Shown here: positions 1-9,332 of the stretch, piece after piece | Layout of the letters: each line of letters begins with the position of its first letter | Position numbering within the stretch: the stretch's first letter is position 1 | Source: an uncultured Muribaculaceae bacterium | GTDB taxonomy: Bacteria; Bacteroidota; Bacteroidia; Bacteroidales; UBA932 | DNA: 64,000 bases | Direction: 5' to 3' | NCBI GenBank assembly: GCA_964608175.1 | Contig: CAZSMO010000008.1 | Coordinates: 10,291 to 74,290 of the forward strand | Made by a program: the position numbers and the translations under genes | Notes under the pieces: model-generated | What the model was told of the DNA's origin: nothing | Databases searched by the model: none | What the model saw: only the letters and a program-made list of their open reading frames with translations

Positions 1-1646
1 TAATCCTCGGAAAGTTCAGGTGCAGCCTTGGTGGGATCAGGGTTATTGTAGCCCTGGAGCACAGGATTTCCCTCCAGTTCGCTCTGAGGGATGCACCAGT
101 TCCACCATGGATAGATGCCACTCACATCGTAACGGTATCCGGCCTGTACATTGTTGCCACTCTGGTTGGTATGATAGCCTGCAGCAAGTCTCTTGAAGTC
201 GAACCAGATGATGCCCTCGCCCCAGAACTCAACTCTCTTCTGTCTGAATACTTCCTGCTGGAAAAGCGCCGCATCAGTAATGGAAGAGATATCGTAAGAC
301 GGATTTCGGGTGAGCATCAACTCGTTCAGGACGCTCATACCACCGGCCAAATCACCTGACATTGCCCTGGCCTCAGCTTCGATGAAATACATCTCCTCAA
401 CCCTCATTAGAGGCACATCGGACGCGCCGCCTACAGAATAAGTGTCGCAATCGCCCTGTGCCGGACGGAATTTGAGGGAAGTGTAGGCAGGGAGAGCTTG
501 GCGCCCAGTGAATACATTGCGGTTGAGCTTGTACGCATAGTAGTCATTCCCATTGGGATCAATCCATGAATGCTTTCTCCAGTCAGTGTCCGGGATGGAA
601 TTGTAGAGGGCTTTGTTGATCCCTCTTGCAACACTCCAGCCGTAGGCAGTCCATGTATTCTCGGCACTCATATGTGCATTGAAGTTGCAGAGGTTGCCCA
701 TGGTCTCGGCACTGTACTGCAGATTCCACATCCAAGAGTTGGAGTTGGCACTTGCATTGTTGAAGCCGGTCGTGGGATTTTCCCATTGATCCTGAGTAAG
801 AGGCGAGCCTCCGAAAGTATCGCGAGCCTTCTTGGCATATTCTGCGGCACTTGCGAAAGCCCCGGTGACTCCGGCAGACCCTCTCTGCAGATAAGCCCTT
901 GCTTTAAGTCCATACACTACAGCGAGGCCGGGAAGCAGAGTGGATGTGGACGTGTAATCCGCAAGATAGGTCTCGGCGGCATCAAGGTCGGCGAAAATCT
1001 TCTCATAGAGCTCGTCCACAGGCAACCTCGGGTTGGCTTTGCCCTCATCTTGAGTGGTAGCTTCGCTCACATAAGGGACAGTCAGTCCGGTGATGTCGTT
1101 TTCGGGAACATAGCTGGCGGATATGCTTGGATCGGTAGGCTGCTTGTATTCATAGATGCAGGCCATGTCAAGGTAGCAGAAAGCCCTGATTGCGAGAGCC
1201 TGGCCAAGGTACGCAAGCTGTGTGGCGTTCGCCGTCTCGGGATTGACTGCAGAGATGACATCATTGGCACTCTTGACGAACATATAGAATGTCCTCCAAG
1301 GAACATAGGCACGGGAAGAAGTCGGGCCGCAGGTATACTCATTGCTGGACCAGTATGAGTACCAGTCGTAACCGCTCTCTCCATTGTCCACAATCTCTCC
1401 GACATTGCTGTCGAGCATTATCATAATGCCCGGATATGCCATGTCGTATTCATAGGTCTGGGTGCCATAGATGAGATAGCCCTGAACCATCTGGGCTGGA
1501 ATAGCACTCACCATCGCTTCGAGAGCGGATGACGATTTGCCGATTTGCTCCGTAGTCGCCTCATTTGTAGGGAAAGTCTCTTTGATGCATCCCGTCAGAG
1601 CGACAAGAAGGGCAAGAGCTGCGGATATTGATTTGTATGTTTTCAT
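1..1646 (-). CDS. RagB/SusD family outer-membrane lipoprotein (~548 aa; the stop codon probably straddles the window edge)
   Basis: Not in the ORF track. My manual reading: ATG at 1646 (MKTYKSISAALALLVALTGC, a lipobox), directly downstream of SusC, ending ...WCIPQSELEGNPVLQGYNNPDPTKAAPELSED, a typical SusD C-terminus, with TA at positions 2-1. Only the ends of the frame were read in full. Confidence 0.9.
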   Translation of the reverse strand, partial: MKTYKSISAALALLVALTGCIKETFPTNEATTEQIGKSSSALEAMVSAIPAQMVQGYLIYGTQTYEYDMAYPGIMIMLDSNVGEIVDNGESGYDWYSYWSSNEYTCGPTSSRAYVPWRTFYMFVKSANDVISAVNPETANATQLAYLGQALAIRAFCYLDMACIYEYKQPTDPSISASYVPENDITGLTVPYVSEATTQDEGKANPRLPVDELYEKIFADLDAAETYLADYTSTSTLLPGLAVVYGLKARAYLQRGSAGVTGAFASAAEYAKKARDTFGGSPLTQDQWENPTTGFNNASANSNSWMWNLQYSAETMGNLCNFNAHMSAENTWTAYGWSVARGINKALYNSIPDTDWRKHSWIDPNGNDYYAYKLNRNVFTGRQALPAYTSLKFRPAQGDCDTYSVGGASDVPLMRVEEMYFIEAEARAMSGDLAGGMSVLNELMLTRNPSYDISSITDAALFQQEVFRQKRVEFWGEGIIWFDFKRLAAGYHTNQSGNNVQAGYRYDVSGIYPWWNWCIPQSELEGNPVLQGYNNPDPTKAAPELSED

Positions 1647-1662
1647 ATTTCTGTCCTCCTGT

Positions 1663-4600
1663 TTAGAATTTGAATGTGACACCACCGGAGACAGTTCTCA
1701 CCGGCACATAAGTCGAGTAGTTCGTGCTGCCGGTGAACGAGTACCTGGGATCGAATCCCTTACGGGCAGAAATATAACCCAAGTTCTCGGCTGCAATGTA
1801 GAGCCTTAAGGAGCTCACGCCAAGCGGCTTTGTCAATTTCTCGGGGAAGGTGTATCCAAGGTTGACATTTTCGATGTTGAGATAGCTCGCATCAGTGAGA
1901 AATCTGTCGGAAGATGCGGCTGAATAAAGATCACCATATCTGAAAGCAGGAATATTGGAAGATTTGTTCTCCGGAGTCCACGCATTCAGCAGGTCCTTGT
2001 GGAAGTTGGTTCCGGTGTCACCGGCACTTGGCGAAGACATGAAAGCGGCGTAGCCGGAATCATATGCCTTACCGCCGAGCTGATAGGAGCAGTTGATACT
2101 GAAGTCGAAACCGTGGAAGTAGAGACTCGTACCGATTCCGCCATAGAGTTCGGGGATAGGGCCGTCAGCGAGATAGTAGTCGGCCTCGGAATAGGTCGAG
2201 GTAGTCTCCTTGCCGGTAATATTGCCGTCCTCGTCTTTGATGTTCTTATACCAGAGTGAGACACCGGTCTCGGGGTCAACCCCGGCATACGACTTGAGGT
2301 AACGGGTGTACAGAGGCAGATTCTCACCAATGAAATAGCTGCCATCGGTATATCCGGCATGGTCTTCCATAGTGAGAGTCTTCACATCATCTGCAAGATA
2401 GGTTATTTCGTTGCGAAGTCTCGTGGCATTGAAATTGACGCTCCATTGGAAGTTTTTCTTTCTCACGAGATTGAGATTAACGGAAAGCTCACCGCCATAG
2501 TTGACCATATCACCGATATTGTCATAATAGGATGAATATCCAAGCGAAGGGGACACGCTGAATGCGAAGAGCATGTCAGTGGTCTTGCGATAGAACCCTT
2601 CAAGGGATCCGTCAATCAAACCGTTAAACAAAGTGAATTCCACTCCGGCATTGGTATTGGTATTGGTTTCCCAAGTGATATCCTTCTTTCCTTTACTGTT
2701 GAAGACAACGGAAACCTGACCGCCTGAAGGCGAAATCGAGTAGGTGTCTGTGTAGAGATAAGATCCGATGTTGTCATTACCCTGCGAACCGGTGGAGGCC
2801 TTAATCTTCAACAGGTCTACCCAAGCCACATCAAACCAGTCTTCCTTGCTGATAAGATATGCGGCACCGGCAGACCAGAAGTTACCCCAACGGTATTCGG
2901 GAGCGAATCTAGAAGAAGCATCGCGGCGGAACGAACCCGAGACGAAAATCTTGCTGTCGTAATCGTATTGAGCACGGGCGAAGTAACCTTCGTTGTTGTA
3001 CTCGCTTGTGTAAGAGTATGCGCTCTGCCCATCTATCACGGCACCGGCGAGTTCCTTGTTGTCCTGTGAGAACATGTTCTGCTTCGATGCATAGAGGTAT
3101 TTGTACTCATCGAGATAGTACTCGTGACCGAGCATGAGACTCACATTGTGCAGGCCAAAGGAACGGTTGAAGTTGAGGAGCTGCTGGAAGTTGAAGGCTT
3201 CGCTGCGGGAGTTGGACTTGCTGACAGTACCGCCCGAACCGGCAAACTGTCCGTAATAGGGATTCAGCACGGTCGTTCCTCTCGTCTCGTCAATGGTCTT
3301 GCTGGCATTGAGGGTAAACTTCAGGCCAGGAAGAATGGTAAAGTCGGCAATCCCGTTGGCGCTGAAGGCATTACCTTCGGAATTGCGGGTATTGAGGATA
3401 TTGTTGGACAAGGCGTTGGAGTTGGGCATGAAAGGACGGGTCAGTCCTGCGTTCATACCATCACCATAGTCGTACATCGTCAGGCCGTTTTCATCCTTGA
3501 GGATGTTCCCCTGTGCATCACGTACATACAGAGGGTAGATGGGGGCCATCTGCGAAGCGAATGCCCAGATGTTACCGGTTGAATTGGATGTCCCGTTATC
3601 CGACAGAGAGTTGTAGTTAAACTTGGTGTAGGACATGTTGCCGGTCACCTTGAGCCACTTCTTGGCTTGGTAATCCGCTTTCAGACGGGAAGTGAACCTC
3701 TGCATGTCGGAATTGTAGGTGATACCTTCGTTGTCGAGGTAACCGACTGATCCGTAGTAGTGCCCCTTGTCGTTTCCACCCGCAACGCTTACATTGTATT
3801 CCTGACGGATGGCGTTACGGTAAGACTCCTTCATCCAGTCATCAGGCGTGATCAGATAGTCTTCACCTTTGTAAGTCACCACATTGCCAAGTGTGGCATT
3901 GGGATTGATCTTACCATTGCGCCCGATGAAGAGCTCCCCATCCGGCACGGTATAAATCTGATATCCAAGACCGCCGGCATTGGCAGGACCGGTAATCACA
4001 GAGTTGGCCTGAACATTTGCAGCACCTGCACTGGCTCCGTTGAAAGTGTAACTGTTGACAAGCGCAGCATAGTGAGTCTCGTAGTACATTGCAGGGTCGG
4101 TAATGACATCGTAGCTCTGAAGGCCCTTGGAATTGACACCCACTTTGGCATCAACGGTCACGACCGCTTCCTGCTTCTTGGCACCTTTGGTGGTGATAAT
4201 GATTACACCATTAGCTCCACGAGCCCCATAAAGGGCATTGGAAGCCGCATCCTTAAGAACAGTGATGTTCTCCACATCGGAGGGGTTCAGATTGTTAATG
4301 TCTCCATCGTAAGGAGCGCCATCTACAATGAAGAGCGGCTCCTTGCCTGCGGAAATGGAACTGAATCCGCGGATACGAATACTCGGAGTCGAACCCGGAG
4401 CTCCGGAGGATTGGGTGAGCTGTACACCTGCCACCTGTCCGGCAAGAGCCGATGTGACTGCGCTCACCTGTGATTTTGCCAATTCGGTCTCCCCAACGAC
4501 TTTCGCCGATCCCGTGAAGGACTCCTTGGTGGAGGTTCCGAATGCCACAACGATGGTCTCATCGAGGACTTCCGAGTCAGGAGTAAGGGTAATGTTAACC

Positions 4601-4878
4601 ACCTTCCTCCCTGCTACGGGAATGGTGAGATCCTCATATCCCTGGCATGTGACGAGCAGTTCCGCGTCACCGGGTACGCTGATTGAGTATTTACCCTCTG
4701 CATCGGTAAAAGCGTACACCGTCAGGCTTCCTACCTGCTGGATGGCAACGCCCGGGACCGTGTCCCCAGTCACCGAATCGGTAACCGTGCCGCTGACCGT
4801 GGAGGCATTTTGCGCAAACGCAACTGCCCCTACCAGTAGGGCCAAAAAGGTTGTGATGATGATTTTAGCTTTTTTCAT
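1663..4878 (-). CDS. SusC/RagA family TonB-dependent receptor (left locus)
   Basis: ORF 1663..4890, likely start MKKAK at 4878. It has a carboxypeptidase-regulatory-like N-domain, the plug motif VLKDAASNALYGARGANGVIIITTK and a C-terminal ...GGVTFKF. Confidence 0.96.
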   Translation of the reverse strand: MKKAKIIITTFLALLVGAVAFAQNASTVSGTVTDSVTGDTVPGVAIQQVGSLTVYAFTDAEGKYSISVPGDAELLVTCQGYEDLTIPVAGRKVVNITLTPDSEVLDETIVVAFGTSTKESFTGSAKVVGETELAKSQVSAVTSALAGQVAGVQLTQSSGAPGSTPSIRIRGFSSISAGKEPLFIVDGAPYDGDINNLNPSDVENITVLKDAASNALYGARGANGVIIITTKGAKKQEAVVTVDAKVGVNSKGLQSYDVITDPAMYYETHYAALVNSYTFNGASAGAANVQANSVITGPANAGGLGYQIYTVPDGELFIGRNGKINPNATLGNVVTYKGEDYLITPDDWMKESYRNAIRQEYNVSVAGGNDKGHYYGSVGYLDNEGITYNSDMQRFTSRLKADYQAKKWLKVTGNMSYTKFNYNSLSDNGTSNSTGNIWAFASQMAPIYPLYVRDAQGNILKDENGLTMYDYGDGMNAGLTRPFMPNSNALSNNILNTRNSEGNAFSANGIADFTILPGLKFTLNASKTIDETRGTTVLNPYYGQFAGSGGTVSKSNSRSEAFNFQQLLNFNRSFGLHNVSLMLGHEYYLDEYKYLYASKQNMFSQDNKELAGAVIDGQSAYSYTSEYNNEGYFARAQYDYDSKIFVSGSFRRDASSRFAPEYRWGNFWSAGAAYLISKEDWFDVAWVDLLKIKASTGSQGNDNIGSYLYTDTYSISPSGGQVSVVFNSKGKKDITWETNTNTNAGVEFTLFNGLIDGSLEGFYRKTTDMLFAFSVSPSLGYSSYYDNIGDMVNYGGELSVNLNLVRKKNFQWSVNFNATRLRNEITYLADDVKTLTMEDHAGYTDGSYFIGENLPLYTRYLKSYAGVDPETGVSLWYKNIKDEDGNITGKETTSTYSEADYYLADGPIPELYGGIGTSLYFHGFDFSINCSYQLGGKAYDSGYAAFMSSPSAGDTGTNFHKDLLNAWTPENKSSNIPAFRYGDLYSAASSDRFLTDASYLNIENVNLGYTFPEKLTKPLGVSSLRLYIAAENLGYISARKGFDPRYSFTGSTNYSTYVPVRTVSGGVTFKF

Positions 4879-5091
4879 AAGCTGATACATTAATAAAACA
4901 AACTATACTAACTAAACTTTAGTTACTCACCTTTGTCTGACACCGCAGACTTCGCTCCTGCAATTACAGTTTTCCGTCACCGCCGCGTTGCCCGCTTTCT
5001 TTCTCTGCACCCTTCAGCCACTTCGAACCTCGTAATCTGAAACGTTTGGCTCGTTTCTTGCTGATATCAATTCTGTCTTTACGCACCATTT

Positions 5092-5112
5092 AACGAGGGT
5101 TTTTTGGTGCGA
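5092..5112. repeat. Left arm of a 21-bp perfect inverted repeat AACGAGGGTTTTTTGGTGCGA (candidate invertase crossover site)
   Basis: Exact reverse complement of 6098-6118. It is embedded in a 30-bp dyad, CGCACCA-N16-TGGTGCG (5082-5111). Confidence 0.85.
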
Positions 5113-5191
5113 ATGCCAAGGGGGGGGGAGGGAAGATTGAGGTGGAGCAATTGTAATTAATTTACAATTAGCGTATTATGTTCGATATACT

Positions 5192-5797
5192 ATGGTTTAC
5201 GCTTATGTGAGGGTCAGTACGGACCAGCAATCCTGCTCGAGTCAGGAATTCGAAATCAGGAATTGGGCTACAGCCCATAATATAGTCATAGACAGGTGGA
5301 TAAGGGAGTCTATTCACGGCACGGTCCCAGTTGCCCGGCGTAAGCTTGGGAAGTCCATAGGCAAAATGAGACCCGGGGATATGCTCGTCTGCACCGAGAT
5401 ATCCCGTCTTGGGCGAAATGTCCTTATGATTATGGGGGTACTGAATTACTGTTGCGAGAGGGAGATTGGGATACGGACGATTAAAGACAATTTTGATCTC
5501 AGCGAGAACCTGAATTCCAAGATAATCGCTTTCGCCTTTGGCTTATCGGCTGAGATTGAACGGAATCTGATTTCGCAACGCACGCGGGAAGCCCTTGCCG
5601 ACAAGAAGGCTTCAGGAGTGAAGCTGGGACGCCCTCGGGGAAGCCGGAAAAAATACGCCCAAATCAGTGCTGACGCTGAGAAGATTATAAGGGAACACGA
5701 CAGCGGAGTCAGTTACACCAGTATCGCTCACCGTTACAGTATCCACCCGAATACCCTCCGACGCTACCTGCGTCAGATTCAGGCTGACAGTATTTGA
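5192..5797 (+). CDS. mpi: Serine recombinase / DNA invertase, Mpi (multiple promoter invertase) family
   Basis: YVRVST catalytic Ser motif, SRLGRN, the Mpi-like stretch AFAFGLSAEIERNLISQRTREAL, LGRPRG and a C-terminal HTH; 201 aa. Confidence 0.88.
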   Translation: MVYAYVRVSTDQQSCSSQEFEIRNWATAHNIVIDRWIRESIHGTVPVARRKLGKSIGKMRPGDMLVCTEISRLGRNVLMIMGVLNYCCEREIGIRTIKDNFDLSENLNSKIIAFAFGLSAEIERNLISQRTREALADKKASGVKLGRPRGSRKKYAQISADAEKIIREHDSGVSYTSIAHRYSIHPNTLRRYLRQIQADSI

Positions 5798-6097
5798 GCC
5801 AAACCGCACTTGAAATGGCGCTGTGACTCAGTTTAAGTGAGAATAGGGCCAAAGCGGCAGGAACTCATGCGAGCCCCGCTGTTAACCTATAAGAGAAATT
5901 TTTTAAGAAATTTCGTAAAAATTTTTAATAACAAATTAAAACTTCACGCCTCTGATTTGTGTTAAATTCTAACTAAATCCCCGTAATACCCTATTAAACG
6001 CAGGGCAAATTAGGCCGAAATACAAGTTTTTAGGCAGAAAAGAAAGTTTTGGAGATATTTGGAAAGTTAAAATTTAATTGCGATATTGCACTCGAAA

Positions 6098-6118
6098 TCG
6101 CACCAAAAAACCCTCGTT
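6098..6118. repeat. Right arm of the 21-bp perfect inverted repeat, TCGCACCAAAAAACCCTCGTT
   Basis: Exact reverse complement of 5092-5112; the pair brackets a 1027-bp segment. Confidence 0.85.
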
Positions 6119-6344
6119 TTTCATACGACAAACGGGGAGAAGTAAAGAAGCCCTTACTGAATAAGAAGCGCTACAATCACTTTTTCGATAATAGAGTCTT
6201 TTCAATAAGCGTGCCTAATGAAACAAAGTAAGTAACAATTGTATTATATAATAGTTTTAGTGTATTCAAAAGTTCGCGGGAAAATCAGTTTCCGCTGATA
6301 ATAATCCGCATGCACAGAATGTATTCTTTAATTTATTAATGCTT

Positions 6345-9320
6345 ATGAAAAAAGCCAAATTTCTCATTGTGGCCATTGCAGCTATGCTGACAGGCAGCAG
6401 TGCTTTCGCGCAGAATAGTGTGGAAGTGAGTGGAACTGTCACGGATGCTGCAAGTGGCGAGCCGATTGCCGGAGCCGGAGTGGTAGTGAAAGGAACTTCG
6501 TCTGGAGTCGCAACAAATCCAGACGGCACCTACACCCTGACCGCATCATCCGGAGCAACCCTCGTATTTTCCGCAATCGGGTTTGTCTCTCAAGAAGTTA
6601 CGCTTGATGGCGATATGGTGGTTGATATCGCCCTCCAAACCGATGCAGAGCTCCTTGAAGGAACCGTAATCGTGGGCTATGGCTCTGCCCGTAAGGTTGG
6701 AAACATTGTAGGATCGGTAAGCACCGTATCCGCTGAAGAGATTTCCGAAAAGCCATCTGCCAATGTAGCAGACGCTCTCCAGGGCAAGGTCGCCGGTCTG
6801 CAGGTGTTTAACACTTCGGGAGAGCCTTCTTCCTCTGTCTCATTGAGGCTGCGGGGAGAATCCTCCATTAATCTCAGCACTGCACCTCTTTACATTTTGG
6901 ACGGAATCCCTGTCAGCAGTCTGGTCTTTTCGACGATAAACCCTTCGGACATTGAGAATATCTCCGTCCTCAAAGATGCCTCTTCTACAGCCATTTATGG
7001 CTCACGGGCCGCGAATGGAGTAATCTTCATTACCACGAAGAAAGGGCATGCAAGTGAGAAACCCTCCGTGTCTGTCAGGGCTCAGTATGGAGTATCCATG
7101 CTCACTACTTACAACTATGACATGATGTCGGCATCGGAACTGCTTGAATACGAGGAATTAATCAATCCATCGCTCAAAAATGACATCACACGTCAGGTTT
7201 TTAAGGACTACGTCAACGGCAACGGAATTAATTTCAATTGGACTGATTACCTCTTTGATAAGAGTGCTCCACTATATCAGGTAGATGCTACTGTCCGTGG
7301 AGCAACAGACAAGACCAGCTACTACCTTTCGGCAGGTTTCTACTCGGAAGAAGGCACTTCGAAAATCAACTCCAACAACAAACGCTTCAACATCCGCAGC
7401 AATGTGAGCACCAGGATTACCCCCTGGCTTGAGGTTGGAGAGAACATCGGGCTTTCGTTCAGCAAGTATAAGACAATCGTGACAGGTTGGTATAGTCAGT
7501 CGCCTATGCTCGTGGCAGTTACAGAAATTCCCTACTACACTCCCTACGAGCAGATTCTCAATGCAGATGGTACGGTAAGTTATGGCGAAAGGTATCTCCA
7601 GTATCCTTGGGACAGTCAAATGGATCTCATCGAGTACTATAAGTACAACACGAACGACAAACAGAATGCCCAAATTACGGGACAGGTCTATGTACAGCTG
7701 TCTCCTATCAATGGGCTGAAGATCCGTTCGGTAGCTGCCGCAGATGCTTACGACTATACCAACGAGTCCATCGCCAAACCATCATTTACTCCTTATTCCT
7801 ACAGGGGAAGCAATTCGCAGTATTTTGAGCGTTATTATCAGATATCAACCACCAACACTGCGGAATATGCAACCAATTTTGGCCTGCACAACCTGATTTT
7901 CCTGCTTGGACAGGAATCGATACTGAAACACCAGAAAATCCTCTCTGCCTATGGAACCGGTCTCACCGATGATCGCCTGACTGCCTTTTCAACTGCCACG
8001 AAAATCGAAGAGTGGTCCGGATACAATGAAGAAGCTGCGTTTAACTCCTTCTTTGCCAACACCAACTACAACTACGATGAGCGCTACTTTGCGGATGCTT
8101 CCGTGCGTATTGACGGCTCGTCAATCTTCGGAGCCAATAACAGGTACGCCACTTTCTGGTCCGCGGGTCTCATGTGGAAAGCAAAGCACGAGAATTTCCT
8201 TCGCGATGTATCTTGGCTCAACTGTCTCGATGTCAATCTGACATATGGAACTACAGGCAACTCGGGGATGATCTCCTGGTATCCATCTCTCGGGCTTGTC
8301 GGAGCAGGAGCCAAGTATAACAATGTCAGTGGCTGGGCTCTTTCTCAGGTTCCCAATGCCGATCTGTCATGGGAAACAGTATCTACCGCAAATGCGAGAA
8401 TCTCTGCACGAGTGCTTGGAAGATTCTCGGTGGACTTCCAGTTATACAACAAGTACTCAAGCGACCTGCTTATGGAGCTTCCATATTCGGCAACAACAGG
8501 GCATACCTCCGGATGGGGCAATGTCGCCGAACTCTCCAACAAAGGCATGGATTTGGAACTCTCGCTTGATCTCATACACAGCAAAGACTTTTATTGGAAT
8601 GTCAGCGCGAATGTCAATTACAACCGCAACCGCATAGAAAAACTCTATCAGGGATTGGATGAAATTACTTTTGAGGATTACGGCCTCAAGTATGAAGTCG
8701 GTCATGACCTCAACGAAGTTTATGTCCCGATTCGTGCAGGAGTCGATCCTGAAGACGGGTCTCCAATGTGGTATACCCGTGAGGGAGAGACCACCAAAGT
8801 GTACACCGATGATTTGTACCAGTTCTGGGAAGGAAAGAGTACGAATGCCCCCTGGTCGGGAGGGTTCTCGACAGCAGTCTCATGGAAGAATTTTGGGCTG
8901 AATGCTGATTTTTCTTGGATTGGAGACAGGTACATCTTCGTCAACGAGCGATACTACACAAGGAATACATACAATCTCCTCGGACAGAGCAATTTTGAAA
9001 AATGCATGTTTGACATCTGGACCGAGCCGGGACAAGTCACCGACATCCCAAAATACGGGACTCCGTTTTACTTTGACACTTCGTGGTATTCCAATGCCGC
9101 CTTCCTTCGCCTGAAAAATATCACCCTCTCCTATACTGTTCCGGCATCAGCACTCGGATGGAAGACAGTTTCCGGCGCAAAAGTTTATGTAACCGGAAGA
9201 AATCTGCTCACATTCACGAATTTCGAAGGCTACGACCCCGAGGTTGGCTATTCAAACGGTACTGTAGGACTATATCCCAATTCAAGACAAGTCGTCATCG
9301 GGGCAGAAATTACTTTCTAA
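6345..9320 (+). CDS. SusC/RagA family TonB-dependent receptor (right locus)
   Basis: ORF 6339..9320, likely start MKKAK at 6345. Plug motif VLKDASSTAIYGSRAANGVIFITTKKG and C-terminal ...GAEITF. Confidence 0.96.
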   Translation: MKKAKFLIVAIAAMLTGSSAFAQNSVEVSGTVTDAASGEPIAGAGVVVKGTSSGVATNPDGTYTLTASSGATLVFSAIGFVSQEVTLDGDMVVDIALQTDAELLEGTVIVGYGSARKVGNIVGSVSTVSAEEISEKPSANVADALQGKVAGLQVFNTSGEPSSSVSLRLRGESSINLSTAPLYILDGIPVSSLVFSTINPSDIENISVLKDASSTAIYGSRAANGVIFITTKKGHASEKPSVSVRAQYGVSMLTTYNYDMMSASELLEYEELINPSLKNDITRQVFKDYVNGNGINFNWTDYLFDKSAPLYQVDATVRGATDKTSYYLSAGFYSEEGTSKINSNNKRFNIRSNVSTRITPWLEVGENIGLSFSKYKTIVTGWYSQSPMLVAVTEIPYYTPYEQILNADGTVSYGERYLQYPWDSQMDLIEYYKYNTNDKQNAQITGQVYVQLSPINGLKIRSVAAADAYDYTNESIAKPSFTPYSYRGSNSQYFERYYQISTTNTAEYATNFGLHNLIFLLGQESILKHQKILSAYGTGLTDDRLTAFSTATKIEEWSGYNEEAAFNSFFANTNYNYDERYFADASVRIDGSSIFGANNRYATFWSAGLMWKAKHENFLRDVSWLNCLDVNLTYGTTGNSGMISWYPSLGLVGAGAKYNNVSGWALSQVPNADLSWETVSTANARISARVLGRFSVDFQLYNKYSSDLLMELPYSATTGHTSGWGNVAELSNKGMDLELSLDLIHSKDFYWNVSANVNYNRNRIEKLYQGLDEITFEDYGLKYEVGHDLNEVYVPIRAGVDPEDGSPMWYTREGETTKVYTDDLYQFWEGKSTNAPWSGGFSTAVSWKNFGLNADFSWIGDRYIFVNERYYTRNTYNLLGQSNFEKCMFDIWTEPGQVTDIPKYGTPFYFDTSWYSNAAFLRLKNITLSYTVPASALGWKTVSGAKVYVTGRNLLTFTNFEGYDPEVGYSNGTVGLYPNSRQVVIGAEITF

Positions 9321-9332
9321 TTAGACAGCCAT

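Noticed and set aside
570-1358. Long antisense ORFs such as 570..1358, 3760..4473, 35656..36603, 41371..42315 and 57699..58676
   Set aside because: They lie opposite well-supported genes and have no recognisable motifs; they are shadow ORFs from codon bias.
5192-5797. Recombinase as the resolvase of a Tn3-like or conjugative element
   Set aside because: There is no transposase, relaxase or flanking direct repeat; the Mpi-like sequence and flanking inverted repeats fit an invertase better.
5092-6118. A confident promoter call inside the invertible segment
   Set aside because: I found no exact TAnnTTTG on either strand, only one-mismatch candidates, so it is not listed as a feature.
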